This document shows, piece after piece, positions 13,208 through 23,123 of a DNA stretch of 64,000 bases. Position 1 is the first letter of the stretch. Each line of letters opens with the position of its first letter. The notes beneath the pieces were generated by a model, which was not told the origin of the DNA, did not search any database, and saw only the letters and a list, made by a program, of their open reading frames with translations. The position numbers were made by a program, and so were the translations under genes. This DNA is from Candidatus Dormiibacterota bacterium (GTDB taxonomy: Bacteria; Chloroflexota; Dormibacteria; Aeolococcales; Aeolococcaceae): NCBI GenBank assembly GCA_963709585.1, contig CAVPXI010000006.1, forward strand, positions 192,001 through 256,000, written 5' to 3'.

Positions 13208-14373
13208 GCGATCGCCCCGGCTGCGCGCAGTGCGGCGAGTTGATCGGCTCCATCGCCGGCCTCGGTAAGCACCTCCTCGGTGTGCTCACCGTAACCCGGC
13301 GCCGCGCGCCGGTAGGCGGCCGGAGAATCCGTCAGGCGGATGGGAAAGCCGGTCTGCGCCGTCGGTCTGCCCTCACCGGCGTCCAGGCGCATCCCGCGGC
13401 TGCGCACCTGAGGATGCTCGAAGGTCTCCCCCACATCGAGCACCGGCTCGACACACACGTCATGACCTGCGAGCGCTTCCTCCCATTGCGCGCGCGTTCG
13501 CGTGCGCAGCACCGCCTGGACCGCCGCGACCGTGCGCTGTCCCGCCTCGCCGTCGACGAGGCCGTTGCCGGCGAGCTCGGGCAGGCCGATCACCTCGACG
13601 AACGCACCCCAGAATTTGGGCTCGAGCGCTCCGACGGAGAGGTACCCGTCGGCGCACGCGTAGATCCGGTAGCAGGGATACCGGCCGGTCAGCATCCCGT
13701 CGCCGGGTGCCGGCGCCTCGCCGGTGGCGAACAGCTGGGAGGCGTGCACACCCGCCCAGCTGATCAACCCGTCGACCATGGAGACGTCGCAGTGCTGACC
13801 CCTGCCGGTGCGAGCCGCGTGGTGGAGCGCGATCATGATCGCGAGTGCGGCGTGGAGCGCACCGCCGCCGAGGTCTCCCACCTGCAGGCCCGGCATCGCC
13901 GGAGGGTCATCGGCATTGCCCCCGAGCAGCAGCACGCCGGCGACGGCCGCGTAGTTGAGGTCATGGCCGGCACGGTCGCGAAACGGTCCATCTTGACCAT
14001 AACCGCTGATGCTGCAGAGCACCAGCTTCGGATTCACCTCCCGGAGGTCGGCGAACCCGATGCCGAGACGGTCCATCACCCCGGGGCGAAAGCTCTCCAC
14101 GACCACGTCGGCGGTCTGTGCCAGGCGGAGAAACGCCTCACGCCCCAAGGCGTTCTTGAGATCGATCGCGACCGAGCGCTTGTTGCGGTTGAGCGGGTGG
14201 AACATCGCCGAGGAGGCGTCGACGAGCGGTGGCATCCAGCGCATGTAGTCGCCACCGGCCGTGTCCTCGACCTTGATGACATCGGCGCCGAAATCCGCGA
14301 GCAGCACTGTGCAGAACGGTCCTGGGAGCAACCTGGTCAGGTCGAGGACTCGAACGTCGTCGAGTGCCGGCAT
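13204..14373 (-). CDS. Family III CoA-transferase (CaiB/BaiF, AMACR-like)
   Basis: VLDLTRLLPGP, LADFGADVIKVE, NRNKRS, ESFRPGV, AGHDLNY. Confidence 0.93.
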   Translation of the reverse strand: MPALDDVRVLDLTRLLPGPFCTVLLADFGADVIKVEDTAGGDYMRWMPPLVDASSAMFHPLNRNKRSVAIDLKNALGREAFLRLAQTADVVVESFRPGVMDRLGIGFADLREVNPKLVLCSISGYGQDGPFRDRAGHDLNYAAVAGVLLLGGNADDPPAMPGLQVGDLGGGALHAALAIMIALHHAARTGRGQHCDVSMVDGLISWAGVHASQLFATGEAPAPGDGMLTGRYPCYRIYACADGYLSVGALEPKFWGAFVEVIGLPELAGNGLVDGEAGQRTVAAVQAVLRTRTRAQWEEALAGHDVCVEPVLDVGETFEHPQVRSRGMRLDAGEGRPTAQTGFPIRLTDSPAAYRRAAPGYGEHTEEVLTEAGDGADQLAALRAAGAIA

Positions 14374-14490
14374 GGTCGCGCGAGTGTAGCAATCACTCCA
14401 CGCCCTCGATTCGCGCAATTACTGTGTTAGATTCGTTCTCGGGGTTGACGTGATGAGCAACGCGAACGTCCTGTTGAGTGAGGCTCGCTG

Positions 14491-15018
14491 ATGGACGAGC
14501 TGGTCATCAAGGTGCCCGCGCCGTTCAGCGGCATCGAGGATCTGGGATTCTCCGCACGCTACCCGGCGCAGGAGCGAAGCGAGCCGCTGCGGGACATCCC
14601 GCTCTTCGTCGAGGGACCGGCCGGTCCGATGCAGATGCTCGTGGAACGTCTCGCGCTCTTCAGCGACAAGGAGCGCATCGTCGGTTCGCTCGCCGCTGAC
14701 GACCAGTACTCGTGGACCGCGCCCGTGCAGCTGACCGACCAGGTCTGCGTGCTCGCGTTCCAGGACCGGAGCATGCGCGCGGGCGACGCGCTGCTCGAGC
14801 CCGCCGAGACCGCCCAGGCCGTCCGCGGCTACGTCTGGAACCTGGTGCGCCCGATGGCATTCACCTTCCTTCGTGACTGCGTGCGCATCGGCGGCCTGCG
14901 CCTCTCAGAGCGCATCTTCGTGGTGATCGACACCGGCCATCCACCGTCGGTGGACATCGAGCTGCAGCGCTCGTCGATCAGCCCCGAGAACGGCAACCGG
15001 CTGCTGTTCGCCCTCTGA
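14491..15018 (+). CDS. Hypothetical protein
   Basis: 175-aa ORF with genome-typical codon usage filling an intergenic gap; no recognised motif. Confidence 0.6.
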   Translation: MDELVIKVPAPFSGIEDLGFSARYPAQERSEPLRDIPLFVEGPAGPMQMLVERLALFSDKERIVGSLAADDQYSWTAPVQLTDQVCVLAFQDRSMRAGDALLEPAETAQAVRGYVWNLVRPMAFTFLRDCVRIGGLRLSERIFVVIDTGHPPSVDIELQRSSISPENGNRLLFAL

Positions 15019-15029
15019 CCGGGGTGGCC

Positions 15030-15485
15030 TCAGCCCGAGGCAGGCGTCGGGGTCCCGGTCGGCAGCGGCGTTGAGTTCGGCGGGGTCGTGGGGACCGGGG
15101 TCGGCGTCGGGGTGGGCGTCGGGGTCGCGCCGACCGCTGTCGGGGTGACCCTGGGGGTCGGTGTCGGGACCGCGGTCGGCGGGAGCGGTGGCGTCGGGCA
15201 GCCCTGGAGCTGTGCGCTGAATGGAGTCGGCGTCGCTACCTGTGTCGGAACCGGCGTGGGCGTCGCCGTCGGAGTCGCCTTGCCGCTCACCGTGGGCTTC
15301 GGCGTGGCGGTCGGCGCCGGGGTCGGGGTGACCACGTACGGCGTGTACGACGGGCAGGGAGGCGCCGACTGCAGAGGGGTCCCATGGGATGCGGATACTC
15401 CCAGCGAGATCGCCACGGCCACCGCGCCGATGAGGATCGTGACCACGAAGGTGACCGCACCCCACTCACGGCGAAGCGCGTTCAT
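15030..15485 (-). CDS. Pro/Thr-rich membrane-anchored or secreted protein
   Basis: N-terminal hydrophobic helix followed by (PT)n tracts and two Cys; start overlaps the galU stop. Confidence 0.65.
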   Translation of the reverse strand: MNALRREWGAVTFVVTILIGAVAVAISLGVSASHGTPLQSAPPCPSYTPYVVTPTPAPTATPKPTVSGKATPTATPTPVPTQVATPTPFSAQLQGCPTPPLPPTAVPTPTPRVTPTAVGATPTPTPTPTPVPTTPPNSTPLPTGTPTPASG

Positions 15486-16345
15486 GCCGCGCCCGCCCCG
15501 TCGATACGGGCCACGGCGTTGCGGAACTCGGGGTGCTCTCGCGCCAGGCGCATGTTCGTGGCCAGCCAGCCGGCAGGGGTTCCGACGTCGAGAAGCTCGC
15601 CCTCGAACTCCAGGCCCCAGACGTCCCCTGCCTCGAGCATGCGCCCGATCGCGTCGGTGAGCTGGATCTCGCCGAGGGCGCCGGGCTTGGTCTCGCGCAG
15701 CGCGGGGAAGATCGCCGGGGTCAGCACGTACCTGCCCATCACGGCGAGGTCACTCCTTGCCTCCGCGGCCGGCGGCTTCTCGACCAGGCCGCTCAGCCGG
15801 TGGAGCTTGCCACGCAACTCGGCGATCTCGGCGCAGCCGTACCTCGAGATCTGATCGTTGGGCACGCGCATCAGTGCAAGGATGGACGTCCCGAGCTCCT
15901 CATGCGCGTTCCAGAGCTGGCGCAGCAGGGGCGGCTCCGCCAGGGACAGGTCGTCGGGAAGCATGCAGAGGAAGGTCCGCCCCCCCACCGCGCTCGCGGC
16001 ACACAGCACCGCGTCGCCGAGACCACGCGGCGAGGCCTGACGAGCCACGGTGATCCTGCTCAGATTCCCCGCCCTGCGCACGGCTTCGAGCTCTGCCATC
16101 TTGCCGCGCTCCTCGAGCAGGCGCTCGAGCGGAAGATCCGGGCGCAGGTGCGCGGCCAGCGCCTCCTTGCCCTCCGCCAGGACGAGGATGATCTCGTCGG
16201 CGCCGGAGGCGACCGCCTCCTCGACCGCCCACTGGATCACCGGGCGATCGAGAACCGGGAGCAACTCCTTGGGAAGCTCCTTGGTGGCAGGGAGAAAGCG
16301 CGTCCCCAGGCCCGCGGCCGGGATCACACATGGTCGCAAGTCCAC
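15482..16345 (-). CDS. galU: UTP--glucose-1-phosphate uridylyltransferase
   Basis: VIPAAGLGTRFLPATKELPKELLP, GLGDAV, VEKP, GEIQLTDAI. Confidence 0.92.
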   Translation of the reverse strand: MDLRPCVIPAAGLGTRFLPATKELPKELLPVLDRPVIQWAVEEAVASGADEIILVLAEGKEALAAHLRPDLPLERLLEERGKMAELEAVRRAGNLSRITVARQASPRGLGDAVLCAASAVGGRTFLCMLPDDLSLAEPPLLRQLWNAHEELGTSILALMRVPNDQISRYGCAEIAELRGKLHRLSGLVEKPPAAEARSDLAVMGRYVLTPAIFPALRETKPGALGEIQLTDAIGRMLEAGDVWGLEFEGELLDVGTPAGWLATNMRLAREHPEFRNAVARIDGAGAA

Positions 16346-16402
16346 GGCGGCGCATTGTCGCCGGTCGGGACGCGGCCGTGCACCCCGTTACCCTTGCGCG
16401 AT

Positions 16403-18289
16403 ATGCCTGACACCCGGATGCTGCTCATCGAGGCCGTGCGGCGTGCGCTCGACGATCTCGGCGTGGACGCTGCGTTCGAGGTGGTGGTCGAGCGCTCGGC
16501 GCGCCCCGAGTTCGGCGACTGGTCGACGCCGGCGCCACTGGGCCTGGCGCGCATCCTCCGTCGCGCGCCCGCCGCGATCGCCGCCGACCTTGCGGCCCGC
16601 CTCGAGGCGGCGCCCATGCCCCGGGTGCACGCATGGACCGTGACCCCGCCGGGGTACGTCAACGCCCACCTCGACGTCCGCACCTGGACGGAGTCGGTGC
16701 TCGCCGTGGCGGCCGATCTCGAGACGACCGGCAGGCTCGAGCTGACCAACGCCCGGGCGTCCGCCGCCGGGAAGACTCTCGTCGAGCACACCGCCACCAA
16801 CCCCAACAAGGCGGCGCATGTCGGCCACCTGCGCAACGCGTGCATCGGAGACACGGTCGCGCGTGTGCTCCGGCGCACCGGCCATGCCGTCGAGGTGAAC
16901 AACTACATCGACGACACCGGCGTCCAGGTTGCCGACGTTGTGGTCGGAATTCGCGAGCTCGGCATCGAACCGAAGCCGGACGAACCGTTCGATCAGTACT
17001 GCTCGCGGGTCTACATCGCGGTGTCCGCGCGGTATGAGACCGATCCCGAGCTGCTCGACCGGCGACGCGTCGTGCTCCGTGAGGTCGAGGAGGGGGGCAA
17101 CCCGACGGCGGTGTTCGTCAAGGAGGTCGCGAGGCGGATCGTCAACGCGCACCTCGCCACCATGCGCCGGTTCGACATCGCCTACGACCTGCTGACCTGG
17201 GAGTCCGACATCATCGCCCTCGGGTTCTGGCGCCAGGCCTTCGAGCTGCTCCGGGAGTCCGGTGCGATCGTGCTCGCCGAAACCGGGAGGCTAGCCGGCT
17301 GCTGGGTCATGCCCGCCGAGACTGCCGAGGACGATGGCGATGACGACACCAAGGTTCTAGTCAAATCTGACGGTATCGCGACGTATACCGCGAAGGACAT
17401 CGCATACCAGCTCTGGAAGTTCGGCTTGCTGGGACGCGACTTCCATTACGCTCAGTGGGAGGGCGATCCGACTCTGGTGACCACGTCGGCCCTGCCGCAG
17501 CCGGACGGACCCCTCGCGCACTTCGGCGCTGCGCAGCGGGTGATCAATGTCATCGACGCGCGTCAGGCGTACCCGCAACGGGTGGTGCAGCGCGCCCTGC
17601 GCCGGCTGCACCACGAGCGCGAGGCGGACAACTCGATCCACCTGAGCTACGAGGTCGTGGCCCTGACCCCGGCGGCCGCCGCCGAGCTTGGCGTCGAGAT
17701 CGAACAGGGTCGCGACAGCGTCGCACTGAGTGGGCGGCGTGGTATCGAGGTTCGCGCCGACGACCTCCTGGATCGCGCGATTGCGCGCCTGCGCGCCAAC
17801 GCCCGCGACGTCGCGACCGCGACCCTGGTCGCCGCGGGAGCGGTGCGCTACTACCTGCTCAAGTTCTCACTGAATCAGATCATCGCCTTCGATTTCGACG
17901 AGGCGCTGCGTGTAACCGGGGACACCGGCGTGTACCTGCAGTATGCGCACGCTCGCGCTGCCGGCATCCTGCGGAAGGTCGCCGATGACGGCACGACCAT
18001 CCAGGTGCCTGAGGTGCTGCACCCGGCCGAGCGCGAGTTGCTGCACAGCATCGAGGCGTACTCCCGCGCGCTTACCGAGACCGCGCTCGCGCTCTCGCCG
18101 TCGCTGCTGACCACGTATGCGTTTGGCCTGGCGTCGGCCTTCAGCGACTTCTACGAGCACACCCCGGCGATCGTCCGTGAGGAGGACGCGCGGGCGCGGC
18201 GGTTCCGGCGTGAGCTGGTCGCCGCGACGCGAGCGACGCTCGCCGATGCCCTGCACAGTCTCGGCATGGGTGCGCCGGACCAGGTCTGA
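16403..18289 (+). CDS. argS: Arginine--tRNA ligase
   Basis: EHTATNPNKAAHVGHLRN (HIGH-like), KSDGIATYTAKDIAY, LSGRRG, YLQYAHARA; the N-terminal extension of ORF 15533 is antisense to galU. Confidence 0.95.
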   Translation: MPDTRMLLIEAVRRALDDLGVDAAFEVVVERSARPEFGDWSTPAPLGLARILRRAPAAIAADLAARLEAAPMPRVHAWTVTPPGYVNAHLDVRTWTESVLAVAADLETTGRLELTNARASAAGKTLVEHTATNPNKAAHVGHLRNACIGDTVARVLRRTGHAVEVNNYIDDTGVQVADVVVGIRELGIEPKPDEPFDQYCSRVYIAVSARYETDPELLDRRRVVLREVEEGGNPTAVFVKEVARRIVNAHLATMRRFDIAYDLLTWESDIIALGFWRQAFELLRESGAIVLAETGRLAGCWVMPAETAEDDGDDDTKVLVKSDGIATYTAKDIAYQLWKFGLLGRDFHYAQWEGDPTLVTTSALPQPDGPLAHFGAAQRVINVIDARQAYPQRVVQRALRRLHHEREADNSIHLSYEVVALTPAAAAELGVEIEQGRDSVALSGRRGIEVRADDLLDRAIARLRANARDVATATLVAAGAVRYYLLKFSLNQIIAFDFDEALRVTGDTGVYLQYAHARAAGILRKVADDGTTIQVPEVLHPAERELLHSIEAYSRALTETALALSPSLLTTYAFGLASAFSDFYEHTPAIVREEDARARRFRRELVAATRATLADALHSLGMGAPDQV

Positions 18290-18518
18290 GGACGTCCCGC
18301 CCGGTGTAACGGCGATATGTGCGTGTCGTCACACGCCATCGGCGCCGATCATACGATCGTGTAACGACGGCACCACGGAGTATCCGATCCCGATCGTGCT
18401 GATGGGCCAGGCTCCATAGGGTGTGGCCGAAGCGCACAACGACTCCTCGCTGCACGCCATGCCCTTCACGGGCAACCTAATGGCGCAGTGGGGTGCGAGG
18501 CGCAAAAGAGGACCTCAT

Positions 18519-20513
18519 ATGATCCGACGCCTTTCGTTGATGCTGTCGATCGCGGTGACCATCGGGCTCTTCGCGACGACATCGCGCGTCTTCCTCGCCT
18601 CGCAGGCAGTTGCGAATCCTCATGCCCACGTGATGGTGATCGCCGAGGAAAATCACGCGTACTCATCGATCATCGGGCAGTCGGCCGCTCCGTACATCAA
18701 CAGCCTTGCCAGCACCTACGCACTGGCGACGAATTCGTATGCGAGCACTCACGATTCCCTTGGGAATTATCTCGGACTGATCAGCGGCAGCATCCAGGGC
18801 GTTCCGTTTGGCACCGATAAAACGCCACTCTGCTACCCGTGCTCCGCTCCGACGCTCACCGACGAGCTGACCCACCAGGGAACATCGTGGAAGGCGTACA
18901 TGGAATCGATGCCGGCCACCTGCGACACGACCCTTGGCTCATCAGGCAACTACGCGGCACGCCACAACCCATTCGTGTACTTCTCGGGTGTGACCACCAC
19001 GCCCGCAGAGTGCAACAGCGTGGTTCCCTTCACAACCGCACAGATCGCGACCGACCTCAACAGCAGCGCCGCGCCCGACTTCGTGTGGATGACCCCGAAC
19101 CTCGTCGACGACATGCACAGCGGCACGATTCAGGCGGGCGACGCGTGGCTCCAGAGCACGATGGCCACGGTGCTGGCTTCGGCCTGGTACCAGGACAACG
19201 GCGTGGTGATCATCACCTGGGACGAGAGCGCCGGCTCTGACAGCTCTGGGTTCAACGGTACCGTCGGTGGCCACATCGCCACCATCGTTGTGTCGAAATC
19301 GAGCCACGGATCCTGGAGCGCCGGCCTGAACCAGTACGGGACGCTCCGTGCCATCGAGGAGACGTATGGAGTCGGACTGCTCGGTGCCTCGGCGGACATC
19401 GCCAACGGCGATCTCTCAGGTGCGTTCGCCGGCGGCACGCCACCACCGCCAACGCCGACGCCAACGGCGACGCCGACGCCGACGCCGACGGCAACGCCGA
19501 CCCCCTCGCCTTCTCATTCCCCCGCACCGACACCAACCGCCTCGCCGACGCCCGCCCCGCCCGCCGGACTCAAGCCCGAGCTATCAGGACTGCTGGATCG
19601 GCAGCATGCGCCCGCGCTCCAATTGGCGCCTGATCTCGGTGGTTGGGTCGTCAATGTGACCTGGGCTTCGCTGCAGCCAACGCAAGGGGGTCCCATCGCC
19701 GCCAACAACGCCATCGATCAAGCGATCGCGCTGATCCGCAGCAATCCCGCATACGCGCATATGCATCTGCGCTTGCGAGTGACTGCAGGAGTTGGGTCGC
19801 CGGACTGGGTCAAAACTCTTGGCGGTGCGCCCGTGTACATCTACAACAACACGGACAGCGTGGGCGGCACCGTGCCTCGCTTCTGGACTGCCCCCGTCGA
19901 GCAGGCGTATGCGAGCTTCCAGACGAGCCTCGCCGCGAAATATGACAACGCTCCGGAGATTCAGGATGTCTCCATCACCGGCTGCATGACCATCTACGCG
20001 GAGCCGCTGATTCGCGAAACCTCGAGCGCTCTGACGGTCAGCGATCTTCTCGCCGCCGGCTACACATTGGCCGCTGACGAGCATTGTCAGGACCAGGAGA
20101 TCATCGCTCACGAAGCCTGGAACCACACGCACTCCAGTCTCGCCTTCAATCCGTACCAGGTCATCAACGCCAACGGAACCACCGGAGTGGACAAGGTATT
20201 CACGCAGAGCCTCATGGGATATTGCCGTCAGATGCTCGGCTATCGCTGCACCCTTGGCAACGATTCGATCCGGACTCCGATCAACACCCTGGGCCCGAAC
20301 TATCCGGCGATGTATGCGTCGATACAGGCTGCAGGTCCGACCAGCTTCTTTCAGACCTCCACCCTTGCGAGAGTCGGCAACCTCCAGCTCACCATCCGCT
20401 GGGCGATCAGCCAGGGCGCGAGCGATGTCGAATTGCCAAGTGGCTATGGAACGACGCTCTCGTCAAGCACCATCGGGTGGGACGACCTCGCGCTGAGCGG
20501 GAACGCAACCTGA
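18519..20513 (+). CDS. Secreted phosphoesterase-family protein with PT linker and C-terminal glycoside-hydrolase-like domain
   Basis: Signal peptide; EENHAY, SLGNY, RHNPF, DDMH, ITWDE; (PT)n linker; WASLQP..G, SPDWV, VPRFW; SD GAGGA before ATG 18519. Confidence 0.8.
   Translation: MIRRLSLMLSIAVTIGLFATTSRVFLASQAVANPHAHVMVIAEENHAYSSIIGQSAAPYINSLASTYALATNSYASTHDSLGNYLGLISGSIQGVPFGTDKTPLCYPCSAPTLTDELTHQGTSWKAYMESMPATCDTTLGSSGNYAARHNPFVYFSGVTTTPAECNSVVPFTTAQIATDLNSSAAPDFVWMTPNLVDDMHSGTIQAGDAWLQSTMATVLASAWYQDNGVVIITWDESAGSDSSGFNGTVGGHIATIVVSKSSHGSWSAGLNQYGTLRAIEETYGVGLLGASADIANGDLSGAFAGGTPPPPTPTPTATPTPTPTATPTPSPSHSPAPTPTASPTPAPPAGLKPELSGLLDRQHAPALQLAPDLGGWVVNVTWASLQPTQGGPIAANNAIDQAIALIRSNPAYAHMHLRLRVTAGVGSPDWVKTLGGAPVYIYNNTDSVGGTVPRFWTAPVEQAYASFQTSLAAKYDNAPEIQDVSITGCMTIYAEPLIRETSSALTVSDLLAAGYTLAADEHCQDQEIIAHEAWNHTHSSLAFNPYQVINANGTTGVDKVFTQSLMGYCRQMLGYRCTLGNDSIRTPINTLGPNYPAMYASIQAAGPTSFFQTSTLARVGNLQLTIRWAISQGASDVELPSGYGTTLSSSTIGWDDLALSGNAT
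19438..19560 (+). repeat. Low-complexity Pro/Thr linker repeat (ACGCCG-like units)
   Basis: Tandem acgccg/acgcca units encoding TPTPTATPTPTP. Confidence 0.8.
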
Positions 20514-20607
20514 TTCGTCGTTGCAGTTGACCCTCGCACCGAGCGAGTAACCAGCCCCGGCGATGCGATCCATCGCCGTGGGCTGGCGGGCAACTCCTAG
20601 AAGGCGA

Positions 20608-21792
20608 TCACGGCTCCAATGCGACCAAGGCATACGCGCCTTGAGTCGCGAAGTTGAAGGTGCAGATGTAGACCCGTCCATTGGCGATCACCGCGCTCCC
20701 CGTGAACTCTCGCCCGGCGGGGCTCCCCACGCTGCCGATCCGCGCGCCCGTGCTGCTGTTGTACATGACCAGACTGCTGATCTCCGGGAAGTCGACGTAC
20801 ACAACACCGTTGGCGATGCTCGGCGCAAAGAGCTGCCCGAGTGAATCCGGCTGTGACCACACAGTGCGGCCGGTCGAGGCATTGAGAGCGAATGTGCCGG
20901 GGTAGGTGCCCAGGGCGGTGACGAAGACCAGTCCGCCGGCGACAGCGGGGGCGCTGATCGACGAACCGATTTTGTTTGAGTGCCACAGCATTGCTCCGTT
21001 GCCGGCGGAGAGCGCATACACAGCGCATCCACTCACGAGGAGGCTCGACCCCGAGACGGTCACCGCCGATTCGCCACAGCTGTCGACGAAACGCGTCCAG
21101 ACGAGTGCGCCGGTCTGAGCATTCAGTTTGTAGACATCACCAGTCCCCGGGGACCCGATGAACAGCCAGTGGCCATCGGTGCTGACCGCGGGGGTCGCCA
21201 ACGGCGGGCCGCCGGACCGTCCGCAGTGGACACATGTCTTCCACAGCATCGTGCCGGTTGTGGCGTTGATCGCGACGACCACCCCGTCCGAACCGCCCGC
21301 GAAGACGATGCCTTGATACGTGGAAGGTGGCGTCGTGTAGAGATCACTTTGCAGGCACGCGACGGTGCTTCCAGCGGTGCTGATGGCTGCGGTTCCCGGA
21401 TCATCGAGGCCGACCCAGACCTTGGCGGCCGCGAAGGCCGGGGCGGTGGTCTGCTCTCCGGTGTTGCATGCATTTCCCGTCCAGTTGATCGATCCGGTCA
21501 CGGCGTTGATCGACTGGACCGATCCGTCGGGCGACGCCGCCAGATACACCGCGCCGTTGGCCACCACGGGGTCGGGTCCGGTACCGATCGGCGTGTCGAA
21601 TGCGGGTACCAAATGGCTGACGTTGGAACGACTGAGCGTGGTTTCGAAAAGGTTGGCATTGGTGTGCTGAGCGTTGAAGCCGGCCTGCGTCCAGTTCACA
21701 CCCGATGTGGCGGCGACTGCACCGACGCTCCCCGAGAGCGAGACGATGCCGGCGACGAGCGCTGCGGCGTTCCCCAGTCTCAGACGGTTCAT
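20608..21792 (-). CDS. Secreted PQQ-like beta-propeller repeat protein
   Basis: Signal peptide; repeated A-[LI]-N-A-x-T-G-x-x-x-W blades. Confidence 0.8.
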   Translation of the reverse strand: MNRLRLGNAAALVAGIVSLSGSVGAVAATSGVNWTQAGFNAQHTNANLFETTLSRSNVSHLVPAFDTPIGTGPDPVVANGAVYLAASPDGSVQSINAVTGSINWTGNACNTGEQTTAPAFAAAKVWVGLDDPGTAAISTAGSTVACLQSDLYTTPPSTYQGIVFAGGSDGVVVAINATTGTMLWKTCVHCGRSGGPPLATPAVSTDGHWLFIGSPGTGDVYKLNAQTGALVWTRFVDSCGESAVTVSGSSLLVSGCAVYALSAGNGAMLWHSNKIGSSISAPAVAGGLVFVTALGTYPGTFALNASTGRTVWSQPDSLGQLFAPSIANGVVYVDFPEISSLVMYNSSTGARIGSVGSPAGREFTGSAVIANGRVYICTFNFATQGAYALVALEP

Positions 21793-21989
21793 CGTCCCCC
21801 CCTCCGTGACGCGATCGCTCGGGACCAGTCATCCGACGTCGTGTGAGCCCGTCCGTGGGATCGCCGCGGTGACTCGTGAGCGCAGGCTGACGGTTATCGC
21901 CGCGAATGCTACGCTCCAGCACTGGCTCGCGGCGCCGGCGCGGCCCGTCGGCCACGAGCAGTGTGACGGGACCCTTCCGAACCGCCCAT

Positions 21990-22066
21990 GCCCCGTTCGT
22001 CTAGTGGCCCAGGACACCGCCCTCTCAAGGCGGAGACCATCGGTTCGAATCCGATACGGGGTACCA
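21990..22066 (+). tRNA. tRNA-Glu (anticodon CTC)
   Basis: Cloverleaf with GCCCCGT/ACGGGGT acceptor stem, CCGCC-CTCTCAA-GGCGG anticodon arm, ATCGG-TTCGAAT-CCGAT T arm and encoded CCA. Confidence 0.97.
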
Positions 22067-22238
22067 GACTTCCGTGGCGCGTGGACATGTATCCGTGCAT
22101 CCGGCGATCCACGTTCGCGAGGTCGTCGACCGGATGCTGCGATGAAGGTCACGAGGCGCATCCGAGGCGTAACAAGATGGATGCACCTGCCGCGATTGGG
22201 CCCGTCCTGCGACTACGCTGTGGTCCTGGCGCCGCTTC

Positions 22239-22961
22239 GTGGGTGCCGAGGAGTTACCAACGTTGGACAAGCTGAAGCCGTGGCAGCGGCTCTCACGGAA
22301 ACAGTCGGGCGACGCCGGGTCGGCCGACGGGGACCATGACGGTCTGGGCAAGTGCCTGGACGGCGAATGCTCCAAGCCTGCGACCTGTCGCTGCACGTAT
22401 GTCGACCGCCGTCAGGTGAGGTGCGGCACGACCTGGTGCGATGAGCACAGCAGGATCGTCCTCGGCCTTCCATACTGCCGCCGCCACGCGACGGTTGCCC
22501 CCTCTCTGTCGAACGGCTTCTTCACCCACATGCTCCCCGACGTCGAGAACCGCGCGCCGTCCCTCGCCACCTGGGTCGGCGGCGAACTGGACACTGCGGT
22601 GCGCATCGCGCTCACCGCCGACGCCCCCCACAAGGACGCCTACGTGGTCAGCGGTGCGGTGCGTCCGGTGCGCGTCCCGGGAAGCACGATGCCCGTCTGG
22701 CTCCGCTCATGGACGCTCGTCGACAGCACGGGCGTCCTTCAGCACGTGTCCATCGAGGTCGATGAGGAGGACGATCGCGCCGTCGTGGTGCGCGTCGCCG
22801 GCGAGCCCATGGGGCGCCACCAGCCGCCGTGGATCGGCCGCCCACGCACCGAGTCGATCGAACCCGAGCTCGACGCCGCGGCGCGACAGGCGTTCCGCAT
22901 CACGGTGATGCACGACATCGAGCTCGGATTGCTGGGTGCTCGCATGGAAGTCGCTTCCTGA
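22239..22961 (+). CDS. Hypothetical protein with Cys/His-rich putative Zn-binding N-terminal region
   Basis: CLDGECSKPATCRC...CGTTWCDEH...YCRRH; start uncertain. Confidence 0.6.
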   Translation: MGAEELPTLDKLKPWQRLSRKQSGDAGSADGDHDGLGKCLDGECSKPATCRCTYVDRRQVRCGTTWCDEHSRIVLGLPYCRRHATVAPSLSNGFFTHMLPDVENRAPSLATWVGGELDTAVRIALTADAPHKDAYVVSGAVRPVRVPGSTMPVWLRSWTLVDSTGVLQHVSIEVDEEDDRAVVVRVAGEPMGRHQPPWIGRPRTESIEPELDAAARQAFRITVMHDIELGLLGARMEVAS

Positions 22962-22995
22962 TCTGATCCGCCTGCGGCGCTATGCTTGACGCCGC

Positions 22996-23097
22996 ATGTT
23001 TGCAACCACTGCACCCGGCCTCTCGGTGGTGATCGGCCTCCCCATCGCGTTCGTGCTGCTCGCCGCCGGAGCGTGCCTGACGCTCTTCATCCTCTGA
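22996..23097 (+). CDS. Putative 33-aa single-TM small protein
   Basis: MFATTAPGLSVVIGLPIAFVLLAAGACLTLFIL; TATGCT -10-like box 9 nt upstream. Confidence 0.4.
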   Translation: MFATTAPGLSVVIGLPIAFVLLAAGACLTLFIL

Positions 23098-23123
23098 ACT
23101 CGGCCGGCTCCTAGGATCGGGGC

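Noticed and set aside
18468-18510. c-di-GMP-I or SAM riboswitch (GGGCAACC...GGCGCAAA / GGTGC)
   Set aside because: Only fragments match; the GNRA tetraloop/receptor helix and the SAM-I core are missing. Kept only as a generic structured-leader candidate.
15030-19560. Short tandem repeats as CRISPR or VNTR elements
   Set aside because: They are in-frame Pro/Thr linker codons inside two genes; no repeat-spacer array or cas genes occur anywhere in the window.
21990-22066. tRNA-Glu as the attachment site of an integrated element
   Set aside because: No integrase and no duplicated tRNA 3' end found in the window.
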